From an uncultured Clostridia bacterium (GTDB taxonomy: Bacteria; Bacillota; Clostridia; Oscillospirales; Ruminococcaceae): a stretch of DNA of 64,000 bases. The notes beneath the pieces were generated by a model, which had not been told where the DNA came from, did no database searches, and was given only the letters and a program-made list of their open reading frames with translations. Shown piece by piece: positions 1 to 9,929 of this stretch (its first letter is position 1; each line of letters starts with the position of its first letter). The stretch spans positions 956 through 64,955 of the forward strand of contig CANRNT010000009.1 in NCBI GenBank assembly GCA_947631995.1, in the 5' to 3' direction. The position numbers were made by a program, and so were the translations under genes.

Positions 1-13
1 TTTGACGGATACG

Positions 14-886
14 TCAGCGAGAGAGAGCTTTCGACATAAACTCTTCCGTTGAAATGCCGCTCGGACGGTTGTACCTGTTCATGCAGTACAGACATTCTTC
101 GCTGCGGGTGATGTAGTTGGGCTTTTCCTCGACCCCGTAGCTGGCAGAAAACCGACAGGCTTTGACAAGCTCCAGACTTTCCTCGCACACAAGACCGTAT
201 GGATATGTATACACCTGCGGAGTGATACCGCAGTTATTTTCCAGTCCGTCTATGCTGAGAAGCAGGTCGGAGACGAACGCGCTGCGGTATTCCTCATAGG
301 TTTCGCCCTCTTTCATAAGCGCGCCGCGTCTCATTCCCAGCTCGTGCATATCATAGCTGTGGCTGGCTATCTCGACATACCCGCATTTGGAGAGCTGTTC
401 TATCTGGCTGTAATTCAGATATGAATACGACGAGCTTTGCGGCTCACCGTTTTCCTTTTCGGCATACGAGCCCACTACGGACAGCACAGCCTTTGCTCCG
501 CTCTCGCGAAGTATCGGCTCAACATAGGTCAGGAAGTTATAGCAACCGTCATCAAAGGTCAGTATAACGGGCTTTTGCGGAAGCGGTCTGCCGTTCTTTA
601 CATACTCGATAACATCGGCTGTCAGCACGAACTGATAGCCGTGTTTTTTAAGATATTCTATGTCGCCGCGCAAAGCGTCGGGCGACAGGACATAATCGTT
701 CCAGCTTTCTTCGTCCTTCAGTATGCTGTGATACATTATAACGGGAAGAACTATTTCCTTTTGCTCTTTTTCCGCCGGCATATCCTTGTCCTGACTTTTG
801 CACGACGAGAATATCGCAGATATGAACAGCGCCGCCGCAACAGCGGTCAACAGCGCTCTTTTTCCGATTTTTGACCTGACAGTCAT
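14..886 (-). CDS. Polysaccharide deacetylase (NodB-homology) family lipoprotein
   Basis: ORF 14..1114 trimmed to the ATG at 884-886, which follows a GGTGGTG RBS-like stretch. The N-terminus is a signal peptide ending in the lipobox-like ...FSSC. The TFDDG motif is typical of NodB-type deacetylases. Confidence 0.8.
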   Translation of the reverse strand: MTVRSKIGKRALLTAVAAALFISAIFSSCKSQDKDMPAEKEQKEIVLPVIMYHSILKDEESWNDYVLSPDALRGDIEYLKKHGYQFVLTADVIEYVKNGRPLPQKPVILTFDDGCYNFLTYVEPILRESGAKAVLSVVGSYAEKENGEPQSSSYSYLNYSQIEQLSKCGYVEIASHSYDMHELGMRRGALMKEGETYEEYRSAFVSDLLLSIDGLENNCGITPQVYTYPYGLVCEESLELVKACRFSASYGVEEKPNYITRSEECLYCMNRYNRPSGISTEEFMSKALSR

Positions 887-969
887 TATAACACCACCGT
901 ATTTTTTGTTGATATATAACAATATATTGAGCCGTTTTTGTAAAAATACTAAAAACTTAAAAAATACTA

Positions 970-998
970 TTGAAAAAGTTGTGCAAATATGATAGAAT
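970..998 (+). promoter_or_regulatory. Candidate sigma-A promoter for the chemoreceptor gene
   Basis: TTGAAA (970-975), 17-nt spacer, then TGaTAGAAT (extended -10, 990-998), about 70 nt upstream of the ATG at 1066. Confidence 0.35.
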
Positions 999-1065
999 AT
1001 ATAGTGTATAAAATACCCTATCAAAATAATTCCGGACATTACGGAAACTAGGAACGGTGAGATTA

Positions 1066-2868
1066 ATGAAAAGTATTCGTGCGAAAATAATGACTTCAAT
1101 GCTGTGCGTAGCATTTGTTATTGTTATAACAGTATCATTGATTTTTATCGGTGCGATAAACAGTTCGACCAAGGCAGTACTGCAAAACAGTCTGCTTCCG
1201 CTCGCGACCCAGACCGCCGATAAGATAATAATGATAAAGGAAAGCAACAGAGAAACGGATATAAACAAGATCATCAACAGCATAGATGTGAGCGACAATA
1301 ATCTGGCTTTCGTTATAAACAAAGACGGTACGTTCGCCTACAAGGGCAAGAACACGGCTGATTTCTTTAACGAGGAAAATATCATCACCTCGAGCAGCGA
1401 GGAATTTGAGTCGATATCGGAATTTGCTGCTATAGCTGCCCGCAATTCGAGCGGATACGGCGTTTTTGACTACGGAAAGGAAGAGTATGTCGCAGGCTAT
1501 GCGGAGCTGAACGGCCGCGATCAGACGATAATAATCGCTGTTCCTACAGCTGATTTCTCAAAGTATACTGCCAACTCGATGAATACGGTAATAATAGCCT
1601 GCGCGATACTTATCGCCGCCGTTATCGTGTTCACGATACTGTTTGCAAAAACGTTCACTAAACCTATTACAAGCACTACTAACCGTCTGAGAGCTCTGGC
1701 TCAGGGCAACCTGACCGATCCAGTTGACGTTCACTATTCGCGCGACGAGCTGGGCGTACTTTCCAAATCGCTCGAAGAAACGATAGTTTCTCTTCGTCAG
1801 TATATCAATCTCATCACCGTTGCGCTGACAAATATATCGGAGGGCAATCTCTGCCACAGAATGGAAGGCACGTTCAAAGGCGACTTCCTGAAGATAAAGA
1901 GCACCTTTAATACGATACTTGAATCTCTGTCGGATACGTTCTCATCTATAAATACTGCCGCAGAGCAGGTAAACAGCGGCGCTATGCAGGTTTCAAACGC
2001 GGCTCAGGCGCTTTCGCAAGGCTCTACCGAGCAGGCAAGCTCCATTGAAGAGCTTTCCGCTACTCTCACCGATGTCGCCAATCAGATAACCTATAACGCC
2101 AACGCGGCTAAGGACGCTTACAAGATAGTTCACGACAACACCAATTCTATAAACGACTGCAACAATGACATGACTAAAATGCTGACGGCTATGAACGAGA
2201 TAAACGAGTCGTCGGAGCAGATATCCAAGATAATCAAGGTTATAGATGAGATAGCATTCCAGACCAACATTCTTGCACTTAACGCTGCCGTTGAGGCTGC
2301 AAGAGAAGGCTCAAAGGGCTTCAGCGTTGTTGCTGACGAGGTAAGACGTCTTGCGGCTAAGAGTGCGGAGGCTGCCAAGCAGACGGCTTCGCTCATTGAA
2401 GAGTCCAGCGCAGCTGTAAAGCGCGGCTCGGGAATTGCTACCGTTACGGCTGATTCGCTGCACACGATAGTTGAAAATTCGGCTCAGATAAAGAAGCTGG
2501 TCAAGGACATCTCGGAGGCTTCCGAACATCAGTCCGAAGCCGTTGTACAGATAAATGCGGGTGTAGACCAGATATCCGCAGTTGTTGCGGCTAACACTTC
2601 TTCCGCTGTAGGCTCTGCTTCGGCAAGCGAGGAGCTTTCAAGCCAGTCGCTGATACTCAAGAACATGATAGCAAGGTTCAAGCTCTCGGACAAACATTCA
2701 TCGGGCTCGTCACAGTACGATTACTACGATGATATCGAAGACCATAATAACGATACCCCCGAAGATACCCCGACAGCTTTTATGTCCAGATACGCGTACC
2801 CAAGCGACGATCCGGCAGATGACGGCGGTATAAAGATAGTTCTTGACGATGAGGACGATAAATATTGA
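1066..2868 (+). CDS. Methyl-accepting chemotaxis protein
   Basis: Architecture is N-terminal TM, extracellular sensor, second TM, HAMP-like segment. It carries the canonical signalling hairpin [21 protein letters not shown]...[10 protein letters not shown] and an acidic C-terminal tail. Start is ATG 1066, or alternatively GTG 1057. Confidence 0.9.
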   Translation: MKSIRAKIMTSMLCVAFVIVITVSLIFIGAINSSTKAVLQNSLLPLATQTADKIIMIKESNRETDINKIINSIDVSDNNLAFVINKDGTFAYKGKNTADFFNEENIITSSSEEFESISEFAAIAARNSSGYGVFDYGKEEYVAGYAELNGRDQTIIIAVPTADFSKYTANSMNTVIIACAILIAAVIVFTILFAKTFTKPITSTTNRLRALAQGNLTDPVDVHYSRDELGVLSKSLEETIVSLRQYINLITVALTNISEGNLCHRMEGTFKGDFLKIKSTFNTILESLSDTFSSINTAAEQVNSGAMQVSNAAQALSQGSTEQASSIEELSATLTDVANQITYNANAAKDAYKIVHDNTNSINDCNNDMTKMLTAMNEINESSEQISKIIKVIDEIAFQTNILALNAAVEAAREGSKGFSVVADEVRRLAAKSAEAAKQTASLIEESSAAVKRGSGIATVTADSLHTIVENSAQIKKLVKDISEASEHQSEAVVQINAGVDQISAVVAANTSSAVGSASASEELSSQSLILKNMIARFKLSDKHSSGSSQYDYYDDIEDHNNDTPEDTPTAFMSRYAYPSDDPADDGGIKIVLDDEDDKY

Positions 2869-2902
2869 TCTAATTTATCTATAAATCAGGAGGCTGTTCA
2901 CT

Positions 2903-3985
2903 ATGAAAAGAAGAATAGGTATTCTCACAAGCGGCGGAGACTGTCCCGGCCTTAACGCCACGATACGCGGAGTTGCTAAGGCTTGCTATGAAAAGTTCGG
3001 AAGCGACGGCATTGAGATAGTCGGCATTAACGACGGCTATTCGGGTCTTATCAACAATGAATGCAAGGAAATGGAGCCGTCAGATTTTTCGGGTATCCTG
3101 ACTATGGGCGGAACTATCTTCGGTACTAAGAGGACGCCGTTCAAGATGATGACCGTCGTTGAGGACGACAACATAGATAAAGTAAAAGCAATGAAGGAGA
3201 CCTACAAGAAGCAGAAGCTGGACTGCCTGTTCACCCTCGGCGGAAACGGTACGCATAAGACCTCAAATCTGCTCGCAAATGAAGGTCTGAACGTTATAGG
3301 ACTTCCTAAGACGATAGATAACGATATATTCGGAACTGACGTTACTTTCGGCTTTCACACGGCAGTTGACATAGCTACCGACGTTATAGACAGGCTTCAC
3401 ACTACCGCCAATTCTCACGGCAGGATAATGGTCGTTGAGATAATGGGCAATAAGGCAGGTTGGCTGACGCTGTATGCGGGAGTTGCAGGCGGTGCGGATA
3501 TGATAGTTATACCTGAGATACCGTTCGATATCGACAAGCTGTGCGAGGCTTGCGAAAAGCGTGAAAAAGCAGGAAAGGCGTTCTCGATAATGGCTGTCGC
3601 GGAGGGAGCTTTCGACACGGAAGAAGCTAAGATGAAAAAGAAAGAGCGTGCCAAAAAGAGGACAGAAGCCGGCGAAAAGACCGCTTCCGCCAGAATAGCC
3701 TCTACCATACAAGCTAATACCGGTATCGAAACGAGAGTATGCGTTCCGGGTCATATGCTCCGCGGAGGAAGTCCGTCGGCTTATGACAGAGTGCTTGCTA
3801 CTCAGTTCGGCACGCGCGCGGCGGAGCTTCTGTTCAAGGAGAAATTCGGCTACACAGTTGCAATGGTAGACGGCAAGATAACCGAGAACAAGCTGGAAGA
3901 TATCGCTGGCAAGACCAAATTCGTTCATAAGGACGACCAGATAGTTATGGCTGCCAGACGCATAGGCATATCTTTCGGCGACTGA
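2903..3985 (+). CDS. pfkA: 6-phosphofructokinase
   Basis: MKRRIGILTSGGDCPGLNA, LGGNGT, PKTIDND and MGNKAG motifs of the PFK-A family. RBS AGGAGG lies upstream. ATP versus PPi specificity is not resolvable by eye. Confidence 0.9.
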   Translation: MKRRIGILTSGGDCPGLNATIRGVAKACYEKFGSDGIEIVGINDGYSGLINNECKEMEPSDFSGILTMGGTIFGTKRTPFKMMTVVEDDNIDKVKAMKETYKKQKLDCLFTLGGNGTHKTSNLLANEGLNVIGLPKTIDNDIFGTDVTFGFHTAVDIATDVIDRLHTTANSHGRIMVVEIMGNKAGWLTLYAGVAGGADMIVIPEIPFDIDKLCEACEKREKAGKAFSIMAVAEGAFDTEEAKMKKKERAKKRTEAGEKTASARIASTIQANTGIETRVCVPGHMLRGGSPSAYDRVLATQFGTRAAELLFKEKFGYTVAMVDGKITENKLEDIAGKTKFVHKDDQIVMAARRIGISFGD

Positions 3986-4006
3986 TACGCGTTCATACTA
4001 AATCGA

Positions 4007-4038
4007 CCTGAGGGAATTTATTTCTCTCAGGTTTTTTT
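4007..4038 (+). terminator. Rho-independent terminator after pfk
   Basis: Hairpin CCTGAGGGA...TCTCTCAGG followed by a run of 7 T. Confidence 0.7.
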
Positions 4039-4143
4039 ATATCCGTTGGCTTGCAGAGCTCGGAGGCTTCGTCGACACGCTAAAAAGTCGCAGCTTATCC
4101 GGCTTTTCTATTTGTCCAAACAGCCGAATATACCGCGCTTTGA

Positions 4144-4172
4144 TTGACGAAACAGCGAATATATGTTATAAT
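4144..4172 (+). promoter_or_regulatory. Candidate sigma-A promoter for the HD-GYP gene
   Basis: TTGACG (4144-4149), 17-nt spacer, TGtTATAAT (extended -10, TATAAT at 4167-4172). Confidence 0.5.
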
Positions 4173-4236
4173 AAAATCAAAATCAAAAATAATTTTATTT
4201 TCTTACTATGCCTACTATTCTACACGGAGGAACGTT

Positions 4237-7209
4237 ATGAGAAAGAATATCATATGTTTTATTTTGGCTGCGGCAGTATTCATAACTTCAATGGGCAGTC
4301 CGCTCATTACTGCCTGCGCCGACTATCAAAACGACACATATGTTAAAACTATATATAACGAGCAGAACGGTTTGCCAACAGGCGAAGCCAATACCGTTTT
4401 GCAGACCTCCGACGGCTATATATGGATAGGAAGCTACGGCGGTCTTATCCGATATGACGGCAGCCGTTTCCGCAATTACAGCACCGACGGCTCTATATCC
4501 TCATCGTCTATACGTTCGCTTTTCGAGGACAGCAAGGGCAGACTGTGGATAGGCACGAACGACGCGGGAGTTTTTATATACGAGAACGGAGTTTTCAGCA
4601 CGATAAAAAGTCCCGGAGATTATTCTTTCCTATGTATAAGAGATTTTGCCGAGGATAAGGACGGCAGGATATATGCCGCTTCAACTTCGGGACTGGGCGA
4701 GATACAGGACGGCGCCGTAAAGGTATATACCGATGAACCCCTTGCAGGCGAAACGGTATATTCCATAGCCTGCGACCCTCAGGGACGAGTTTGGGCTGCA
4801 ATGAACTCAGGCAAATGCGCTATTGTCATGGACGGCAAGGTCGAGAAGCTCCTTGAACCGAAGGACATCTTCTCCTCTGCCGAAATATACTGCGTGGCTT
4901 CGGACAATGACGGCAAGCTGTATCTGGGTTCATCGGAGGACGAGATCGCTATCCTCACATTCGACCAAAACGGAGAGTATTCTTCAAAGGTATGCTCCGT
5001 AAGCCCGATATCCACCCACAACAGTATAGAGGTCGCTGATGACGGTACTATCGTTATTTGCGGTGAACACGGTTTTGCCGTGACAGACAGCGACGGCAGG
5101 ATACTTATGCTCGACGACACAGACCGTTCCCTGCCCACAAATGACGCCGATATAGATCACGAGGGCAATCTGTGGTTCGCCTCATCAACATACGGAGCTA
5201 TCAAATATACGGTCGGCTGCATATCGCCACTCGGAAAAGACACACCCGTCGCGGATATAGCAATAAACGCTGTTACGGAAGCGAACGGCGAGATATATGC
5301 CGTTCACGACAACGGCCTCAGTATCCTTTCTGCCGACGGCAATGAAAGGACGAACGAGCTTACCGAAATGCTTGACGGCATAAGGATACGTCATATAATG
5401 ACAGACAGCAAAGGTCAGGTATGGATATCTACATATTCCGACTACGGCGCTATATGCTACGACCCCAAAACCAAAAGCATTACAGAGTACGGCCCCGACA
5501 ACGGCTTGATAAGCAACCGCGTCAGAACGGTACTGGAGCTTTCAGACGGCTCTTACGCTGTTGCGACGCAGGAGGGTCTGAACATCATAGACAACGGCAA
5601 GGTCACCGAGAGCTACGGCTCTAAAGACGGTCTTAACGTTTCTGCGATACTTTGTCTCGCTCAGGACAAGGACGGAACTCTCTATATGGGAAGCGACGGC
5701 GGAGGAGTTTACGCTCTTAAAGACGGAAAAATAACCAACTACGGCTTTGAGCAGAAGCTGGAGGAGGGCGTTGTACTGCGTATGCTGCCCGAAAGCGGCG
5801 GCGACGGTTACTTTGTAAGCGCGGGAAGCAATCTGTATTATTGGGATAAAAACGATTTTCGCAAGCTGGTCAATTTCTCAAAGGGCGCAGGAAGCATTTT
5901 CGATTTCTACGACGTCAACGGAAAGCTGTGGCTGTTGCAGAACAACGGCATAATAGCTCTCGATAAAAAACAGCTTCTGAGCGGAGAGTTCACCAGAGGC
6001 AAGGAATACAGCTTCGGCAGCGGACTTACTGGCTCGCTTAACGCCAACACCTGGAATTATCTTTCTGACGACGGTAAGCTGTATATATCCACAAGAAAAG
6101 GTATAAGCGTTTTCGGCTTTGACGAAACTCAGACCGTCCTGCCAAGAATGGCTATCAACAGCGTAAATATAGACGGAAAGATAATCGAGCAGCCAAAAGA
6201 GATAAAGCTTACGGGAAACGCTCAGCGTATAACGATAGATCTTGCGGCGCTCTCATATATGGACAGCAGCGATCTTACCATTGCTTACAAGCTGGAAGGA
6301 TTTGACGACGCCGAAACGATACTTGACGGCACAAAGAGCGACATAATAAGCTACACGAACCTGCCCGGCGGTGATTACCGCTTTGTTGTAAAGGTGTATT
6401 CGTCAGAACACCCCGAAAATTCGCAGGAATATTCTATACTTATAAGCAAGACGAAGCGTTTGTATGAATATCCCCTGTTCTGGATACTGCTTGTCATACT
6501 GCTGCTTATCATAGTAGCTGCGGTAATGTATGTGATTTCTGCGGCGCGTCTGAGGGCGGCAAGGCACAGACAGGAAGCTTACAAAAAGATAGTCGAGCAA
6601 TCGCTCAAGACATTTGCGGAGACGATAGACGCAAAGGATAAGTATACGACGGGTCATTCGCTGAGAGTTGCGTCGTACTCCCGTGAATTGTCAAGAAGGA
6701 TAGGACTTTCCGAAGCGGAGCAGGAGCGTATTTATTACATCGCCCTGCTGCACGACATAGGCAAGATAGGCGTTCCTGACAGCATACTGACAAAGCCGGG
6801 CAAGCTCACGGACGAGGAAATGCAAATAATCCGCACTCACCCTGCCATAGGCGGCAAGATACTTGAAAACTTTACCGCTATCGACGGTATCTCACAGGGT
6901 GCAAGATATCATCACGAACGTTATGACGGCAACGGCTACTGCGAGAAAAAAGCGGGTACAGACATACCTTTGGAAGCGAGGATAATCGGCGTTGCGGATA
7001 CTTACGACGCTATGAGCAGCACGCGCTGTTACAGACAGGCGCTGTCGCAGGAGGCTATAATCGAGGAGCTGAAAAGGGTAAGCGGAAGTCAGCTGGACCC
7101 CGAAATAGTTCCGCATATGCTGTCTATGATAGCCGACGGCACAGCCCCGATGGAGACCGTATCGGAGCTTAGCAGGATACTTGACGAAAAAGAATTGTCC
7201 CATAGCTGA
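4237..7209 (+). CDS. Sensor protein: periplasmic two-component-regulator propeller / Y_Y_Y-type repeats, one TM, cytoplasmic HD-GYP-family domain
   Basis: ORF trimmed to ATG 4237, which follows a GGAGG RBS. Signal/TM at the N-terminus. Repeated GLPxxxxxxxxxDxxGxxWIGT-like propeller motifs. TM near residue ~770. C-terminal ...LLHDIGKIGVPD...HHERYDGNGYC (HD plus GYP-like, with GYC in place of GYP). Confidence 0.85.
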   Translation: MRKNIICFILAAAVFITSMGSPLITACADYQNDTYVKTIYNEQNGLPTGEANTVLQTSDGYIWIGSYGGLIRYDGSRFRNYSTDGSISSSSIRSLFEDSKGRLWIGTNDAGVFIYENGVFSTIKSPGDYSFLCIRDFAEDKDGRIYAASTSGLGEIQDGAVKVYTDEPLAGETVYSIACDPQGRVWAAMNSGKCAIVMDGKVEKLLEPKDIFSSAEIYCVASDNDGKLYLGSSEDEIAILTFDQNGEYSSKVCSVSPISTHNSIEVADDGTIVICGEHGFAVTDSDGRILMLDDTDRSLPTNDADIDHEGNLWFASSTYGAIKYTVGCISPLGKDTPVADIAINAVTEANGEIYAVHDNGLSILSADGNERTNELTEMLDGIRIRHIMTDSKGQVWISTYSDYGAICYDPKTKSITEYGPDNGLISNRVRTVLELSDGSYAVATQEGLNIIDNGKVTESYGSKDGLNVSAILCLAQDKDGTLYMGSDGGGVYALKDGKITNYGFEQKLEEGVVLRMLPESGGDGYFVSAGSNLYYWDKNDFRKLVNFSKGAGSIFDFYDVNGKLWLLQNNGIIALDKKQLLSGEFTRGKEYSFGSGLTGSLNANTWNYLSDDGKLYISTRKGISVFGFDETQTVLPRMAINSVNIDGKIIEQPKEIKLTGNAQRITIDLAALSYMDSSDLTIAYKLEGFDDAETILDGTKSDIISYTNLPGGDYRFVVKVYSSEHPENSQEYSILISKTKRLYEYPLFWILLVILLLIIVAAVMYVISAARLRAARHRQEAYKKIVEQSLKTFAETIDAKDKYTTGHSLRVASYSRELSRRIGLSEAEQERIYYIALLHDIGKIGVPDSILTKPGKLTDEEMQIIRTHPAIGGKILENFTAIDGISQGARYHHERYDGNGYCEKKAGTDIPLEARIIGVADTYDAMSSTRCYRQALSQEAIIEELKRVSGSQLDPEIVPHMLSMIADGTAPMETVSELSRILDEKELSHS

Positions 7210-7221
7210 GGAGCGTGACAT

Positions 7222-7935
7222 ATGGAGTTTACAGAGCTTTTGCAAAAGCGCACAAGCGTGCGTTCGTACACGGGCGAAAATATTTCAGGCGAGCAGATCA
7301 CCGAGATACTGGGCGCGGCTGTCCGCGCTCCCAATGCCTGCAACTTTCAGTCGTGGCATTTTTACGCCGTATGCGACAGAGAAAAAATAAAAGCCGTTCA
7401 CCCTGATATAGCCTTTATACCGTGGATAAACGACATTCCTCTGATGATAGTGATATGTACAGATGAAAATATCGCAGGGGCGCTTCAATCGAAATTTGGC
7501 AGCGAGCGAGGAAGAATGTTCGCTTATCAGGACGCGGCAGGCGCTGCAAATCACATTCTGCTCAAGGCGGCAGATATGGGGTTGGGCGGCTGTTGGATAG
7601 GCCCTATGGACACCGAAAAGTGCAAAGAGCATTTTTCAATTGCTGACGATCACACTCCCGTCGCCATAATAACTATCGGCGTACCCTCCTCCGATATGCC
7701 TGCCCGTCAGCGAAAGCCGCTTAGTGAGGCGGTCACGGTCATAGGCGGTATCGACTGTCAGATACCGAGCCAAAGCAAACCGTTCACGCTTTCAAACGCT
7801 TCGCTGAAAGGCGCGGTGTTTGCAAACCTTAATCTTACTGACGCTTCTTTCAAAAACGTAAAGCTGAAAAATGCGGTTTTTGACGGCTGCGATATCCGTG
7901 GACTGGTGATAAACGGAGAAGAGATAGGAAAATGA
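7222..7935 (+). CDS. Nitroreductase-family protein with C-terminal pentapeptide-repeat tail
   Basis: N-terminal RTSVRSYTGE...APNACNFQSWHFY nitroreductase fold motifs. C-terminal about 50 aa, SNASLKGAVFANLNLTDASFKNVKLKNAVFDGCDIRG, follows the A(D/N)LxX pentapeptide periodicity. Confidence 0.8.
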   Translation: MEFTELLQKRTSVRSYTGENISGEQITEILGAAVRAPNACNFQSWHFYAVCDREKIKAVHPDIAFIPWINDIPLMIVICTDENIAGALQSKFGSERGRMFAYQDAAGAANHILLKAADMGLGGCWIGPMDTEKCKEHFSIADDHTPVAIITIGVPSSDMPARQRKPLSEAVTVIGGIDCQIPSQSKPFTLSNASLKGAVFANLNLTDASFKNVKLKNAVFDGCDIRGLVINGEEIGK

Positions 7936-7970
7936 TATATAAAAAACATCTGAACAAGCTAAGAGACGGC

Positions 7971-8723
7971 TTATTCAGATGTTTTATTTTTTTTGCTCTC
8001 TGCCCTTTTTTTATGAAAGCTTTCAACTATCTTATTTCTGTAAATTATACCTATCGTTGAAAGCACCAGCACGCACACCGAGAACACGGCGGCGGCGATA
8101 TAATGTTCGTTGCGTATACAGCCGCCCACCACAGACGACAACACCAGCGCAGGCACTCTCGCGGGCATTATCACAAAAAAGAAGTCCTTTTTTGACAGCT
8201 TTGTAAGAGGCAGCACGAACGTAAGCATATCCTTAGGAAATCCGGGAACAAGAAACATTATCGCCATTATGGTAACGACCTTGTTCTCATCGTAGAGAAA
8301 TTTGAAGCGGTGCAGTTTTTTGTCATCTATCATTGTCTGTACAAAAGGATACCCTATCCATTTGACCAGAAAGAACACCACCGTTGAGCCGACAACTATA
8401 CCGACAATGGAAAGCACCGTTCCAAGCACTATTCCGAAAACCATTCCGCTGACTATCTGGAGCGGCGGCAGTACGGGTATTATGACCTGAAGCGCCTGAA
8501 ATGATGTGAAAAGCAGCACGCCCTTCAGCATATTGTCGTCAACTACGCTTTTAAGGTATTTCCTGCCCTCTTGTGTCTTTATGAACTCTACATACGGGTA
8601 GAGCTTCCACACAAGAAATATTGACAGGCAGACGACAAATACCAATGTTATCACTCTGACTATGATACGCCGTTTATAAGTAGACGAATTTTTGTCAAGC
8701 AGATACTTATCATATTCTCCCAT
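7971..8723 (-). CDS. TVP38/TMEM64 (SNARE-associated, DedA-like) family membrane protein
   Basis: Multi-TM protein whose VLPPLQIVSGMVFG...LVPGFPKD layout is characteristic of the family. Confidence 0.75.
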   Translation of the reverse strand: MGEYDKYLLDKNSSTYKRRIIVRVITLVFVVCLSIFLVWKLYPYVEFIKTQEGRKYLKSVVDDNMLKGVLLFTSFQALQVIIPVLPPLQIVSGMVFGIVLGTVLSIVGIVVGSTVVFFLVKWIGYPFVQTMIDDKKLHRFKFLYDENKVVTIMAIMFLVPGFPKDMLTFVLPLTKLSKKDFFFVIMPARVPALVLSSVVGGCIRNEHYIAAAVFSVCVLVLSTIGIIYRNKIVESFHKKRAESKKNKTSE

Positions 8724-8733
8724 GATATTTCCT

Positions 8734-9282
8734 TTACTTATCTATGTGTTTTATAAATTTCCTGCGGAACCACTTGATATATGCGGTCACAAGATTAGTA
8801 AGCGCGATATCGTATATGACAAATACTACGTTTGCCAGAACCGCCAAGATATAAAGCGAATATTTTCCATAGTCGTGAAAAGACTCCATTATCTCAGGGT
8901 CAGAAACGAGATATGTCAGCAGCTTATAATAGACCACCAGCGCAATATTGAAAAGTACGAGCTTTGCCGCCCACTGCACGGCTTTTTGCTTTATCTTCGT
9001 TTCAAAGACCGATTTAAGAATGGGATAATATCCCATAAATGTGATATACAGCAGTCCTGACTCTTTATTAGGTACAATAAAAAACGTCAGCAGCGCCACG
9101 GCTGCATACGAAAGAAACGCCCATCTGACATTTATCTCTATCACTATTATCATAAGCAGCATACCCGCCATGGCAGGTATCGCATATTCAAGACCGGGTA
9201 TTACTGCTGCCAGCAGCATAACTACAAGGCTCAGCGAGGAAACTATTCCGCCGAGCGCAATTTTATAACTTTTCTTTCTCAT
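8734..9282 (-). CDS. Hypothetical integral membrane protein (5-6 TM)
   Basis: Long ORF with uniformly hydrophobic segments and tight spacing to its neighbours. No family recognised with certainty. Confidence 0.6.
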   Translation of the reverse strand: MRKKSYKIALGGIVSSLSLVVMLLAAVIPGLEYAIPAMAGMLLMIIVIEINVRWAFLSYAAVALLTFFIVPNKESGLLYITFMGYYPILKSVFETKIKQKAVQWAAKLVLFNIALVVYYKLLTYLVSDPEIMESFHDYGKYSLYILAVLANVVFVIYDIALTNLVTAYIKWFRRKFIKHIDK

Positions 9283-9285
9283 GAC

Positions 9286-9900
9286 TTAACAGCAGGTTAT
9301 GCAGTCGCCGCCCATACATTCACAGCAGCAGTCTGTACATATAAGGGCATTACACATATCGCACGGGCCGCAGGCAGGTCTATCGCTGCCCATATTATAA
9401 TGCTGTGACGGAGCTCCGTTCATATATCCGCCGCGGTTACTGTTCATCTGATTGAGCGCGGCAGAATACTCTCTGTTTGAGGGGTCCATAGAGCTTGCCT
9501 TTGAAAAGTTTGCATATGCGTCGTTGAGCCAGCCTCTTGAATAGGCAACGCTGCCTTTCAGAAAATACCATTCCGCAGTCCTGTCATATTCGGGAACGGA
9601 ATTGAGTATATTGTCCGCTTCCGTTATATTGCCGTTTCTTATCAGGTCTCTTACCTGTGACATACCCGAAGAGCCGTAAGAGCTGCTCTCTCCGCGCTGT
9701 GAGCTTCCGCCCCTGCGCATATTCATTATCTCGTCATACGCCTCGTTTATCTGCGACATTTTTTCGTTAGCAAGCTCGCCGAGGGCGTCATCCGAATAAT
9801 TATCGGGGTGATATTTCTTTGCGAGTTCTCTGTACGCGGCTTTTATCTCGTCGTCGCTCGCTGACGGAGACACTCCAAGCACTTTATAAGGATCAGCCAT
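9286..9900 (-). CDS. J-domain protein with TPR-like middle region and cysteine-rich C-terminal tail
   Basis: DPYKVLGV...[12 protein letters not shown]-domain with HPD. The C-terminus is [28 protein letters not shown]. Confidence 0.85.
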   Translation of the reverse strand: MADPYKVLGVSPSASDDEIKAAYRELAKKYHPDNYSDDALGELANEKMSQINEAYDEIMNMRRGGSSQRGESSSYGSSGMSQVRDLIRNGNITEADNILNSVPEYDRTAEWYFLKGSVAYSRGWLNDAYANFSKASSMDPSNREYSAALNQMNSNRGGYMNGAPSQHYNMGSDRPACGPCDMCNALICTDCCCECMGGDCITCC

Positions 9901-9929
9901 ACTGATCTCCTTTCGTTATATGATGATTT

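Noticed and set aside
3263-3928. Long antisense ORFs throughout the window. Examples are 3263..3928(-), 23005..23697(+), 24149..24862(-), 38705..39694(+), 39929..40720(+), 60803..61588(-) and 32279..32854(-).
   Set aside because: Each lies entirely inside, and opposite to, a gene with strong family motifs. Their translations are low-complexity and rich in Arg/Ser/Cys with no recognisable motifs. These are typical shadow ORFs.
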